Source: Candidatus Sungiibacteriota bacterium (GTDB taxonomy: Bacteria; Patescibacteriota; Minisyncoccia; Sungbacterales; SURF-37). Taken from it: 64,000 bases of DNA. Below the pieces are notes generated by a model that was given only the letters and a program-made list of their open reading frames with translations, was not told the origin of the DNA and ran no database searches. The position numbers and the translations under genes are program-made. Positions 1 to 7,938 of the stretch are shown here, one piece after another; positions within the stretch are counted from its first letter, which is position 1, and every line of letters begins with the position of its first letter. The DNA is taken from the NCBI GenBank assembly GCA_016186145.1, contig JACPMF010000007.1, positions 19,302 through 83,301 on the forward strand, in the 5' to 3' direction.

Positions 1-340
1 CCATCGCCGGCATGCGGCGTCATCGGAAATTGGCGGCAAACTCTTCACGGCCACCCAATGATGGCGAGAAACGACTCCCGAATCCGGATTCGTTGAAACA
101 TTGTGAACTTCCACGACCTCGTCGGTCGGATGGTGAATCAGATGCCCAACTTCCTCAAACACTTCAGCGGCTGCCGAAATGGCAATCGTGCGATCCTTGG
201 AAGCACCGCCGCCAACGAGCTTTCGCCCGCGATCTTTTTCCTTATCGATAACAACAACAAATCGGTCTTCTGCCAAGCTTGCCGGCAGAAGAACAAAAAC
301 CGAAGTAGGAAGGTCTGGAAGGCCCAATAACTCATCCATG
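1..340 (-). CDS. hypothetical protein, 5' part only (gene continues past window start)
   Basis: I translated the reverse complement by hand. ATG at 340..338 opens a frame that stays open to position 1 (MDELLGLPDLPTSVFVLLPASLAEDRFVVVIDKEKDRGRK...). It is absent from the ORF track because it has no stop inside the window. I recognise no family. Confidence 0.35.
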
Positions 341-738
341 GCTCTGTTCCCCCTTTCTTGGGAAGGTACTGCGATGCCTACAGACTATCACAAATTGACT
401 TTTTCGTCAAGGACAACTAAAATTTATAAAGACCCCCATAGTCCCGATTCGTCCTGCGCTTTGCGTAGATGACGAATCGAGGATCCTCGATTTTCTTGCT
501 GCGGCTTCGCCGCAGAGAAAATCGGGACTCAATGGGCGAAAAGCGTTTAAATAGTCCCGCAACTTCCGCGACCAAAGGGAACGAGAAGTTGGCGAGAATC
601 CCGCACCTCCCAAACTGCTGACCTGTTAAAATATAGAGTCAGTATCGCGGAAGTACGGGATCGCGCACTCTAACCTCATCCCGCTTTCAGCGGGATTCGG
701 GATGGTGCGGTGACTTTTCACGGGATTATGGCTTTTTT
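341..738. other. ~400-nt noncoding structured region with repeated CGGGAT/ATCCCG motifs; contains one copy of the 'AATCGAGGATCCTCGATT' palindrome element (441..530)
   Basis: No convincing ORF. It contains a perfect 18-bp palindrome at 473..490 flanked by the inverted pair GTCCCGATTCG / CGAATCGGGAC, a GC hairpin GCTGCGGCTTCGCCGCAG, and a further hairpin ATCCCGCTTTCAGCGGGAT near 690..712. Confidence 0.3.
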
Positions 739-811
739 GCACCCATAGCTCAGCTGGCAGAGCAGTTGCCTCTTAAGCAAACGGTCGCAGGTTCGAATCC
801 TGCTGGGTGCA
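739..811 (+). tRNA. tRNA-Lys (anticodon CTT)
   Basis: Cloverleaf folded by hand: acceptor GCACCCA/TGGGTGC, D-arm GCTC..GAGC, anticodon stem GTTGC/GCAAC with loop CTCTTAA (anticodon CTT), T-arm GCAGG-TTCGAATC-CTGC, discriminator A. 73 nt, no encoded CCA. Confidence 0.9.
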
Positions 812-825
812 AAAAATTCATCTAA

Positions 826-885
826 TCCCCGAAAAAGCTGCAGACTCTTAATCTGTAGATGTAGGTTCGATTCCTACTGGGGGAA
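826..885 (+). other. tRNA-like fragment / pseudo-tRNA (anticodon arm with CTT loop, T-arm GTAGG-TTCGATT-CCTAC, 3' acceptor half), lacking a D-arm
   Basis: Anticodon stem GCAGA/TCTGT with loop CTCTTAA and a perfect T-arm at 861..877, followed by TGGGGGA, which pairs 6/7 with TCCCCGA at 826..832. Only 5 nt separate the acceptor and anticodon stems, so there is no D-arm. Looks like a tRNA 3'-half remnant, such as an old att site. Confidence 0.4.
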
Positions 886-917
886 TTAAATCTGGAATTA
901 TAGATATTCAACTACTA

Positions 918-1853
918 TTACAGGGATTCGATCCCTGTAGAGAAAAGGGCCAACGCATTTTTTGTCGTCATTTCTGACACTTCTTCTACCGATAAATTTT
1001 TAAGCTCAGCAAGCTTTTTGGCAACCTCAATAACATATAGCGGTTCGTTGCGTTTGCCTCTGTAGGGAATGGGCGCCACGTAAGGAGCGTCTGTTTCTAG
1101 AAGTATGCGCTCCATCGGAATGTATTTTACAACTTCGTCGTAGTCGCGCGAAAAAGTTATGACGCCGCCGAAAGAAAACGAAAACCCCAAATCAAGAAGT
1201 TCTTTTGCGTCCTCTTTGACACCGGAAAAAAAATGAATAATGCCGGGAGGAGAACTTAGAACTTGGAGCTTGGAACTTAGAATTTGAATCAGGTCGGGAA
1301 ACGCTTGACGGCAATGAATCATCAGGGGCTTTTTAACCTCGGCGGCTAACTTGATTTGTTGAAGAAAAACTCGATGCTGTTTTGCTTTTCTCTCTTCTAT
1401 AGGCAATCCGCCTTCGCCACAGGTTTCGGCGGATGCTCGTTTTTGTTGTCGCTCGCGTTGCTCGCGAACAAAAACGGCATAATCTAATCCGCATTCGCCA
1501 ATCGCAACAACTTTCGGGTTCTCTGCTAATTTTTTGTAATACTCATAATCAAAAACCTCTCCCCTACTTTCAAATCCTCCTAATTCCTTATTCGTAATTC
1601 CTAATTCCTGTTCATCGTGATATGACTTTTCCGTGTGAATCGGATGAAGCCCCACAGCCGCATACACACCCTCCGTGTATTTTTCGGTAAACCCTACCGC
1701 CCGAGCCGCCGTGTCTTTTTGCGTGCCAACATTAACCATCCACACCCCGGAATCTCTTGCGCGCTTGATTACCAAATCAGCGTCGTCCCGAAACGCCGCG
1801 AATTGAACATGGGTGTGGATATCAAAAAGTTTTGGGATTGACAGAAATTTCAT
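918..1853 (-). CDS. tatD: TatD-family metal-dependent hydrolase/DNase
   Basis: N-terminal DIHTHV motif, GLHP, ECGLD, C-terminal ETDAPY. Contains an in-frame insertion (...ILSSKLQVLSSPP...) encoded by a tandem array of AACTTRG octamers at 1250..1290. Confidence 0.85.
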   Translation of the reverse strand: MKFLSIPKLFDIHTHVQFAAFRDDADLVIKRARDSGVWMVNVGTQKDTAARAVGFTEKYTEGVYAAVGLHPIHTEKSYHDEQELGITNKELGGFESRGEVFDYEYYKKLAENPKVVAIGECGLDYAVFVREQRERQQKRASAETCGEGGLPIEERKAKQHRVFLQQIKLAAEVKKPLMIHCRQAFPDLIQILSSKLQVLSSPPGIIHFFSGVKEDAKELLDLGFSFSFGGVITFSRDYDEVVKYIPMERILLETDAPYVAPIPYRGKRNEPLYVIEVAKKLAELKNLSVEEVSEMTTKNALALFSTGIESL

Positions 1854-1924
1854 AAAAAGAGTACATTAAAAACACTCATCAACTATAGTACATTTATAAA
1901 AGGAAAAACCAAAAGGAGGTTGTA

Positions 1925-2314
1925 ATGAAGGGGATTTTCACGCTTCTGGCGATTCTGACAGTCCTAATGACTCCTATTGCCGCATTTGCCCTTGAACTCC
2001 CTGCCAACTATCAGACAAAGAGCGAGCTCGACGGCCCTTACGCATGCGACAAGGGAAAGACGACTGTTAAACAGTACATCAACGATGACGAGGAGTGGGG
2101 CGTCTTGGAGGTTTACACGGAATCAGGAGATACTTTCATCAACTTCGGAACAGCAAAGGGCCAAACCTTTGCCATTAAGAACGCATCGGAAACGAAAGAC
2201 GTATCTCACAAAGAGTGGGATGAAGCGCTGCTCAAGAGCGCACCCGTGGTCTTCCACACCCTTCATGGCACCGGCCGACCCGACTGCGTGCCGGCTCCGG
2301 CAAAAACAAATTAA
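1925..2314 (+). CDS. secreted hypothetical protein (signal peptide)
   Basis: Strong RBS AAGGAGGT 5 nt upstream of the ATG. Hydrophobic N-terminal signal peptide ending AFA. Followed by a rho-independent terminator. Confidence 0.55.
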   Translation: MKGIFTLLAILTVLMTPIAAFALELPANYQTKSELDGPYACDKGKTTVKQYINDDEEWGVLEVYTESGDTFINFGTAKGQTFAIKNASETKDVSHKEWDEALLKSAPVVFHTLHGTGRPDCVPAPAKTN

Positions 2315-2320
2315 TCCAGG

Positions 2321-2347
2321 CGGGGGAACAATACCCCCGTTTTTTCA
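2321..2347 (+). terminator. rho-independent terminator
   Basis: Hairpin CGGGGGAACAATACCCCCG followed by a T7 run. Confidence 0.6.
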
Positions 2348-2541
2348 TTGTTTGCCTGCGAGCGTAAACCGATAGCCACAACGCGAGCAGATGCAAACAA
2401 TAGAACCCCGCACTAATTTTGCAACGGCAGTAGTAAAATTAATTGCTATGCTTAATATGTTTTGCAGACGCGAGTTGCGTGCGCCGAATAGGCGCACCCG
2501 TAAATAGGCGAAGCAGCTCGCCCCGATTTTACCCGCAAAAT

Positions 2542-4062
2542 TTAATGCGGGGTCTCACCTAATCTAGGAAAAAGAGCTTTCTCTTTTCTAACAACTAATA
2601 CCGAATCTTCAATATGAATCTGCTCCTTTATTTTTTCGGCTGTTTCCGGTAAAAACGGCTCCAGTAAATTGGCGATGGTGGAAATAACATAACCGGCATT
2701 TATAACAACGGCTTTCAAATCATCTCCGGCAAGCATCCAGGGCTTCTTCTCATTGATATATCTGTCGCTAAGCGAAACAAGCTTCCAAACGCTAATCAGC
2801 GCCTCGTTCAGCCGGAACCCCTCAAGCTGGCGCTCGTACTCCAGAAAAACATTCTTACAGCCGACGCGTATTCTTTCTTCAATTTCTTTTTCTCCGCCAG
2901 AGGCGGAGAAATCAAAACGAATCGGCCCGAGCTTCGCGCCAACCGCAGCAATCCGGGCCACCAGATTACCGAGTCCGTTAGCCAAGTCTCCGTTATAACG
3001 CTCTTCAAATTTTTTATAGCTAAAGTCGCCGTCTTCATACGAAGGAAATTCGCGCAAAAAATAATATCTAACTGGATCAGCTCCATATTTATCGACAACC
3101 TCATCCGGCGATATCACATTACCTACCGTTTTAGAAATCTTTTGGCCTTCGACGTTTACAAAGCCATGAACAAAAATTGTTTTGGGCAATTCAAGCCCTG
3201 CTGACAAAAGCATCCCCGGCCAGATTGCGGCGTGAAAACGCAAATTGTCCTTACCGACAACCTGAACGTCAGCCGGCCACCACTTAGAGAATGCTGAATG
3301 CTGAATGCTGAATGCTGAATCATCGTGGCCGTAGCCGATGGCAGAAATGTAGTTTACCAGCGCGTCGCACCATACATACATGGTTTGCGTCGGATCGTCC
3401 GGCACCGGCACGCCCCATGGCAAATCTTTGCTGGGTCGGGAAAAACTCACGTCCTCAAGGCCGCTTTTTATTAACGAGAGAATCTCATTTCTTCTCGAAT
3501 CCGGCAAAACGTTCATGCGTCCGGAAACGATCGCCTGCTCTATTTGTCGGGAAAATTTTGACAACCGAAAAAACCAATTTTCTTCCTCAACGACCTCCGG
3601 CTCTTTTTGGTGATCCTGGCATTTCCCGCCGATCAAATCTTTTTCGGTTATAAACGCTTCGTGCCCCACGCAATAAAGGCCGCGGTATTTTTTCCAATAT
3701 ATATCCCCTGAATCTTTCAGCGCCCGCCACATTTTTTGAGCGCCGGGCCAGTGCCGTTTCTGGTCGGATGTTCGTATGAAATCGTCGTAAGAGATATTCA
3801 GAAGTTTTTGCATATCACGGAACTTCTCTGAATTTTCATCAACCAGCTCTTTCGGCGTTTTTCTTTCTTCTTCCGCTTTTCGAACTATCTTTGCGCCATG
3901 CTCGTCGGTGCCAACCAAAAAACGGACATCGTCGCCCTTAATCCTTCGGTAGCGCGCAAGAACATCGGCAATAAGCGGATCCAAAATATGGCCGACATGG
4001 GGCGCGGCGTTAGCATACGGGATGCTGGTTGTAATATAAAATTTATTTTTTTGATTTGACAT
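2542..4062 (-). CDS. metG: methionyl-tRNA synthetase
   Basis: Class I aaRS HIGH-type motif (PHVGH) near the N-terminus and KMSKS-type motif KISKT. The track ORF extends to a TTG at 4239. The ATG at 4062 (MSNQKNKFYITTSIPY...) is the more plausible start. A divergent gene starts at 4135. Confidence 0.9.
   Translation of the reverse strand: MSNQKNKFYITTSIPYANAAPHVGHILDPLIADVLARYRRIKGDDVRFLVGTDEHGAKIVRKAEEERKTPKELVDENSEKFRDMQKLLNISYDDFIRTSDQKRHWPGAQKMWRALKDSGDIYWKKYRGLYCVGHEAFITEKDLIGGKCQDHQKEPEVVEEENWFFRLSKFSRQIEQAIVSGRMNVLPDSRRNEILSLIKSGLEDVSFSRPSKDLPWGVPVPDDPTQTMYVWCDALVNYISAIGYGHDDSAFSIQHSAFSKWWPADVQVVGKDNLRFHAAIWPGMLLSAGLELPKTIFVHGFVNVEGQKISKTVGNVISPDEVVDKYGADPVRYYFLREFPSYEDGDFSYKKFEERYNGDLANGLGNLVARIAAVGAKLGPIRFDFSASGGEKEIEERIRVGCKNVFLEYERQLEGFRLNEALISVWKLVSLSDRYINEKKPWMLAGDDLKAVVINAGYVISTIANLLEPFLPETAEKIKEQIHIEDSVLVVRKEKALFPRLGETPH
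3291..3318. repeat. heptanucleotide tandem repeat (GAATGCT/ATGCTGA)x4 inside metG, encoding a repeated SAFSIQH-type peptide
   Basis: Four perfect 7-nt units counted directly in the sequence. A 7-nt unit is not a multiple of 3, so any single-unit slippage would frameshift metG. Confidence 0.8.
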
Positions 4063-4134
4063 GGTGTTCGCCCCCATGGTACAGATATTACTACGTTCTT
4101 TCAACAAATCAATTTCGCAATACGGAGGAAAAAA

Positions 4135-4836
4135 ATGGCCAGGAAAAGATTTCTTTACACGATTCTTGCCATTGCTGCCATTATCGCTCTTTTTACGACT
4201 ATTACTGTTTACAAACAAGAAAAAATTCAAAAGATTCAAGAAATAAAAGGGGGTTCAATTTCTACAAATACCGAAGATGCCGCAAAAGACTTACCGGAAT
4301 CCTCCACAATTAGGCAGGCGGCCCTGCTGGCAAAAAATGCGGCTGATAAACAGCGGGCTGAAGAAAAAAAGAGGTTAGACGAAGAAAAAAATATAAAAGC
4401 TGCCGAGGTAATCAGTAACGGATTAATGCTATACTATTTCAACGGTGGAAATAGCCCAACAAACCACATACCCTCCTCTGGCGTGATTAGATTAAAAACT
4501 GACAAATACGACAATTACAATCACAACAAGTTTGCCCCGGAGGTTTTCGCTCTATACCCTAAGTGTATGAATGATGAAGATAGAATGTACGTGGAACAAA
4601 CTTGTATATACACTGCATTCATTCTCGACAGAGTACCGCGCAACAAAGAACTCTTCGGGGCACTAGCGCTTGCGCGAGATGCCGGCATACAAATCGTATT
4701 AACTTATGCTGATAACAATGAACCTGGTAGCTTGTACAAAAGTACTAATACGCGGGGAACACCCCAGATATGGATTAATATTCTCACCACTGACCAAGCC
4801 ATTATAGATTATCTCACCAAAGACGCCAGTAAATAG
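4135..4836 (+). CDS. hypothetical membrane-anchored protein (N-terminal TM helix)
   Basis: A 233-aa ORF with a hydrophobic segment LYTILAIAAIIALFTTITV after a basic N-terminus. No family recognised. Confidence 0.5.
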   Translation: MARKRFLYTILAIAAIIALFTTITVYKQEKIQKIQEIKGGSISTNTEDAAKDLPESSTIRQAALLAKNAADKQRAEEKKRLDEEKNIKAAEVISNGLMLYYFNGGNSPTNHIPSSGVIRLKTDKYDNYNHNKFAPEVFALYPKCMNDEDRMYVEQTCIYTAFILDRVPRNKELFGALALARDAGIQIVLTYADNNEPGSLYKSTNTRGTPQIWINILTTDQAIIDYLTKDASK

Positions 4837-4844
4837 CCGAAAAA

Positions 4845-4868
4845 AGAGCGCTCGAAAGCGCTCTTTAA
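4845..4868. terminator. bidirectional hairpin terminator between convergent genes
   Basis: GAGCGCTCGAAAGCGCTC perfect hairpin flanked by an A-run upstream and a T-run downstream. Confidence 0.5.
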
Positions 4869-5924
4869 TTATCCGTTGCCGCCATACTGAAATACCCCCC
4901 TCTTTTTACGGTCGGTATCCGACAAAAACTCTACAAGCACGCTTGCAACCGGAACCGCCAAAAGAAGGCCGAGAACTCCGCCGAGTTTTCCCCCGATCAA
5001 AAGCGCTATGATGACCACCAGGGGATTCAATCCGATTGTTCTTCGCATAACCGTAGGGACGATCAAATGGCTTTCAATCTGCTGGATGACGAAGTAAACG
5101 GCGATAATGATAAGCCCGAGAACGGGACTTTGCACGAAAGCAACCGCCACGGCGGGTGCTGCGGCAAAAATCGGCCCGATAACCGGAATAACTTCGAAGA
5201 TAGCGGCGAGCACCGCAAAAACCAGACTGTACCGGACATCCAAAAGAGTAAGCGCGATGTAAACCATAATGCCGACAATAACCCCGAGAAGCGCCTGGGC
5301 GCGCAGCCACTGACCAAGCTTCTGCTGCGCCCTCAACCACAAGTCAACCGCATATTCCTCGTACTCAAGCGGAACAATCAGGCGGAGAAAATTCTCAATC
5401 CCTTTTTCCTGGGTCGCGAGGTAAAACGAGACGACAATGGTAATCACCGCAACGGTTACGCCGCCGAAAAAATCCACCGTCAGCGCAAGAGTATTCTCGG
5501 CAAGCTGTTGAAGCTGGCCGGGCGCTGCGGCAAAAAGTTCCTGCCGGTTCTCAACGAATAAACCCGAAAGAGGAACACCGGTAAACGATTGGATTTCCCG
5601 CAGAAGTTCGCGCTGATAAATAGGATACGAAGAAATAAAATTCTGAAGCTCGCCTACAACTGCCGGCAGGGCAAGATATATAACGCCGATAAGGAAAACG
5701 GCAGCAAGAGCGTAGATCACAATAACAGAGATAATCCGTGACACACGGTACTTTCTTCCGAACTGGACGATGGGTTCGATTGCCGATGCGAGAACCACGG
5801 CAAAAAGAAGGGCGGCCAGTATTTGCCACAGGTAGTATGCGGCAGCAACCAAAAACACGAGCCCCAAAAGACGGAGAAAGGTTCCCCAAGTAATGTCTAT
5901 TTTTTCTAGTTGTTTGGTAGGCAT
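4869..5924 (-). CDS. AI-2E family transporter (PerM/UPF0118-like permease)
   Basis: About 350 aa, multiple TM helices, with a conserved C-terminal block (...LNPLVVIIALLIGGKLGGVLGLLLAVPVASVL...) typical of AI-2E/UPF0118. Confidence 0.7.
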   Translation of the reverse strand: MPTKQLEKIDITWGTFLRLLGLVFLVAAAYYLWQILAALLFAVVLASAIEPIVQFGRKYRVSRIISVIVIYALAAVFLIGVIYLALPAVVGELQNFISSYPIYQRELLREIQSFTGVPLSGLFVENRQELFAAAPGQLQQLAENTLALTVDFFGGVTVAVITIVVSFYLATQEKGIENFLRLIVPLEYEEYAVDLWLRAQQKLGQWLRAQALLGVIVGIMVYIALTLLDVRYSLVFAVLAAIFEVIPVIGPIFAAAPAVAVAFVQSPVLGLIIIAVYFVIQQIESHLIVPTVMRRTIGLNPLVVIIALLIGGKLGGVLGLLLAVPVASVLVEFLSDTDRKKRGVFQYGGNG

Positions 5925-6125
5925 GCCAAATTTATTTAAATTTTGGAGCGAAGCGATAAAATTTAACTATAAATTTGAGCACCCCGTTAGATGCGGAAAT
6001 ATAGTAGTTTTCTACGCCTGGTAAAGTTATACGTGTTATACTTTTTGTAAATTTTTTTATGGTTTGTTCCGCTATCTAACGGGGTAAAGGTTTGGCGGCT
6101 GCGATTTTTGCGCCTGCCGCTTAAA
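5925..6125 (-). promoter_or_regulatory. conserved structured upstream element, copy U1 (family also at 18405, 34662, 56461)
   Basis: Sits directly upstream of the start codon. Shares the flanks ...TTTATAGTTA...AGCACC[hairpin]GGTAAAGGTTT with the other copies. Long-range stem CACCCCGTTAGAT / ATCTAACGGGG. Confidence 0.5.
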
Positions 6126-6142
6126 ATCGCAGGCCAAGCCCT

Positions 6143-7411
6143 TTATATTTTTAACAACTTCTCCAGCTTCTCCCTCTCATACGCCGGCCCCAGAAGCGCT
6201 AGGTTCATTGTCTCCTCCTTTATTATATCACGAGCAACGCTCTGAATGTCTTCAACACTCACCGCATCGAGCTTTTTAAAAACCTCATCAATGGTCAGCG
6301 GCTTGCCGGTAAGAATCTCTTCGCCGCCGATAAAAGTGGCGAGGTTGGAAGAAGACTCCATGCCAATCAAGCTCGTTCCTTTTACGTAATCCCTCGCTTT
6401 CTTAAGCTCCTCTTCGGGAACCTTCAAATCGCGTATTTTCCTATACTCGCCGAGAATTGTTTCGATCGCTTTATCAAGCTTTTCTACGGGAACCCCGGCA
6501 TATGTCGCGAGGTAACCATAACGGCTATAATCGTCGAAACTCGTTGAAATATGATACGCGAGGCCAAGCTCTTCCCGTACTTCCAAAAACATGCGGGAGC
6601 TCATACCGCCGCCAAGAATCGTTGCAAGAAGGGACGCGGGCCATACACGCGGATCGTCCTTGCCGAAACCGCGAAAACCAAGAATAACGTGCATCTGATC
6701 CGTTTTCTTTTCCTCGTGAAAAAACGCGGGGGAAGATTGTCCTTCTTTGACTTTTGGCTGCGTCCTTGGCTCTCCGTCACGAAGGTCCCGGAAAGTCTCT
6801 TTTATTTTCTCAACCACCGCAGCCTCATTTTTAATGTTTCCGGCAACAATCACCGCAGTGTTTTTGGCAACGTACTGGCTATGAAAATAATCGACAAAAT
6901 CATCCCGCTTGAGAGATTTGATAACGGGTTCTTCGCCAAGCGTCTCCCACCCTGCCGGCTGATCTCCATATAACAACCTCTCCCAAAGGTAACCGGCCCG
7001 CTGGGGCGGATCGTCATGCCGCATGTGCATTTCTTCAATTATTACTCCCCGCTCGCGCTCTATCTCTTCTGCGGGGAGCGTTGAATTCAAAAATATGTCC
7101 GTCACTACATCAAAGGCCTGATCAAAATACTGGTAGCCGACTTTGGCAAAGTACCCCGTATATTCATTCGAGGTGAATGCGTTATACACCGCACCAAGGC
7201 CGTCGAGCTCAACCGCGATCTGAATTTTTGAAGGCCGTTTTACGGTGCCCTTGAAAAACATGTGCTCAAGAAAATGCGAGATGCCGTTGTTCTGCCGTGT
7301 CTCATGATTTGATCCGGTTCCCACAAAAATCAAAACCGTCACGGTGTTTGTCCCGCTCATTGAGGCCGTCAATATTCTCATCCCATTTGGAAGAACTTCT
7401 TTTTTGAACAT
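6143..7411 (-). CDS. M16-family zinc peptidase (insulinase/pitrilysin-like)
   Basis: HxxEH inverted zincin motif (HFLEHMFFKGT), about 420 aa, peptidase M16 architecture. Confidence 0.85.
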   Translation of the reverse strand: MFKKEVLPNGMRILTASMSGTNTVTVLIFVGTGSNHETRQNNGISHFLEHMFFKGTVKRPSKIQIAVELDGLGAVYNAFTSNEYTGYFAKVGYQYFDQAFDVVTDIFLNSTLPAEEIERERGVIIEEMHMRHDDPPQRAGYLWERLLYGDQPAGWETLGEEPVIKSLKRDDFVDYFHSQYVAKNTAVIVAGNIKNEAAVVEKIKETFRDLRDGEPRTQPKVKEGQSSPAFFHEEKKTDQMHVILGFRGFGKDDPRVWPASLLATILGGGMSSRMFLEVREELGLAYHISTSFDDYSRYGYLATYAGVPVEKLDKAIETILGEYRKIRDLKVPEEELKKARDYVKGTSLIGMESSSNLATFIGGEEILTGKPLTIDEVFKKLDAVSVEDIQSVARDIIKEETMNLALLGPAYEREKLEKLLKI

Positions 7412-7420
7412 GCGAATTTT

Positions 7421-7645
7421 CTAAAGTTTTAAAAACTCTTTAAGAGAAAGACCGGCTTGTTTGAGGATCTTTAACAACAGGCCGCGACCGATATCTTTAC
7501 CGCCGTGCATTGGAACAGATGTCAGATGTTTCGTTACAGGATGCTGAAAGAAATAATGGCTGCCCTTTGCGTATATAAAACGAAAACCGGCGCGAACCAA
7601 TTTTCTTATAACCGTCCGGGCACCTATAATTGGTAATACGCTCAT
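7421..7645 (-). CDS. hicA: type II toxin HicA (YcfA-like mRNA interferase)
   Basis: 74 aa. ...KGSHYFFQHP...VPMHGGKDIGRGLLLKILKQAGL... matches the HicA/YcfA family. Overlaps the upstream hicB-like ORF by 4 nt. Confidence 0.8.
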   Translation of the reverse strand: MSVLPIIGARTVIRKLVRAGFRFIYAKGSHYFFQHPVTKHLTSVPMHGGKDIGRGLLLKILKQAGLSLKEFLKL

Positions 7646-7911
7646 GCAACTGGTGCAAAAGAAGAGCGCCCATGGTTCTTTATTATTTGAATTACACCCT
7701 TCCTTTCCGCGTTAACTATAGCGCTAGCTTCAATGGCGCCTTCCACAGCTTCGGCAATCATTCGCCTTGCTTCAGCAATGGTCCTTCCCCAAGAAACCGC
7801 GCCCGGGACAGTACGAGCTTCCGCGGTAAAGCCGCCCATATCTTTCTCCGGCTCAAAAACGCACTCAAAAACTCCGTACTTTGTTTTTATAGATAAAATT
7901 TTCTTTACCAT
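7642..7911 (-). CDS. hicB: HicB-family antitoxin (UPF0150 / RNase H-like fold N-domain)
   Basis: 89 aa. YGVFECVFEPEKDMGGFTAEARTVPGAVSWGRTIAEARRMIAEAVEGAIE has the HicB N-domain pattern. 4-nt overlap with hicA. Confidence 0.7.
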   Translation of the reverse strand: MVKKILSIKTKYGVFECVFEPEKDMGGFTAEARTVPGAVSWGRTIAEARRMIAEAVEGAIEASAIVNAERKGVIQIIKNHGRSSFAPVA

Positions 7912-7938
7912 AAACGTACTTTAACACGTAAGCAGTCC

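Noticed and set aside
340-740. tmRNA or SRP RNA adjacent to tRNA-Lys
   Set aside because: No tRNA-like acceptor/T-arm pairing at the ends and no tag-peptide reading frame or SRP domain IV motif. It is retained only as an unclassified structured noncoding region.
2542-4239. Track start (TTG at 4239) for metG giving a 60-aa N-terminal extension MNLLNFFLFVNSNSRKK...
   Set aside because: The extension is not MetRS-like and overlaps the divergent promoter region and the gene starting at 4135. The conserved MetRS N-terminus begins at the ATG at 4062.
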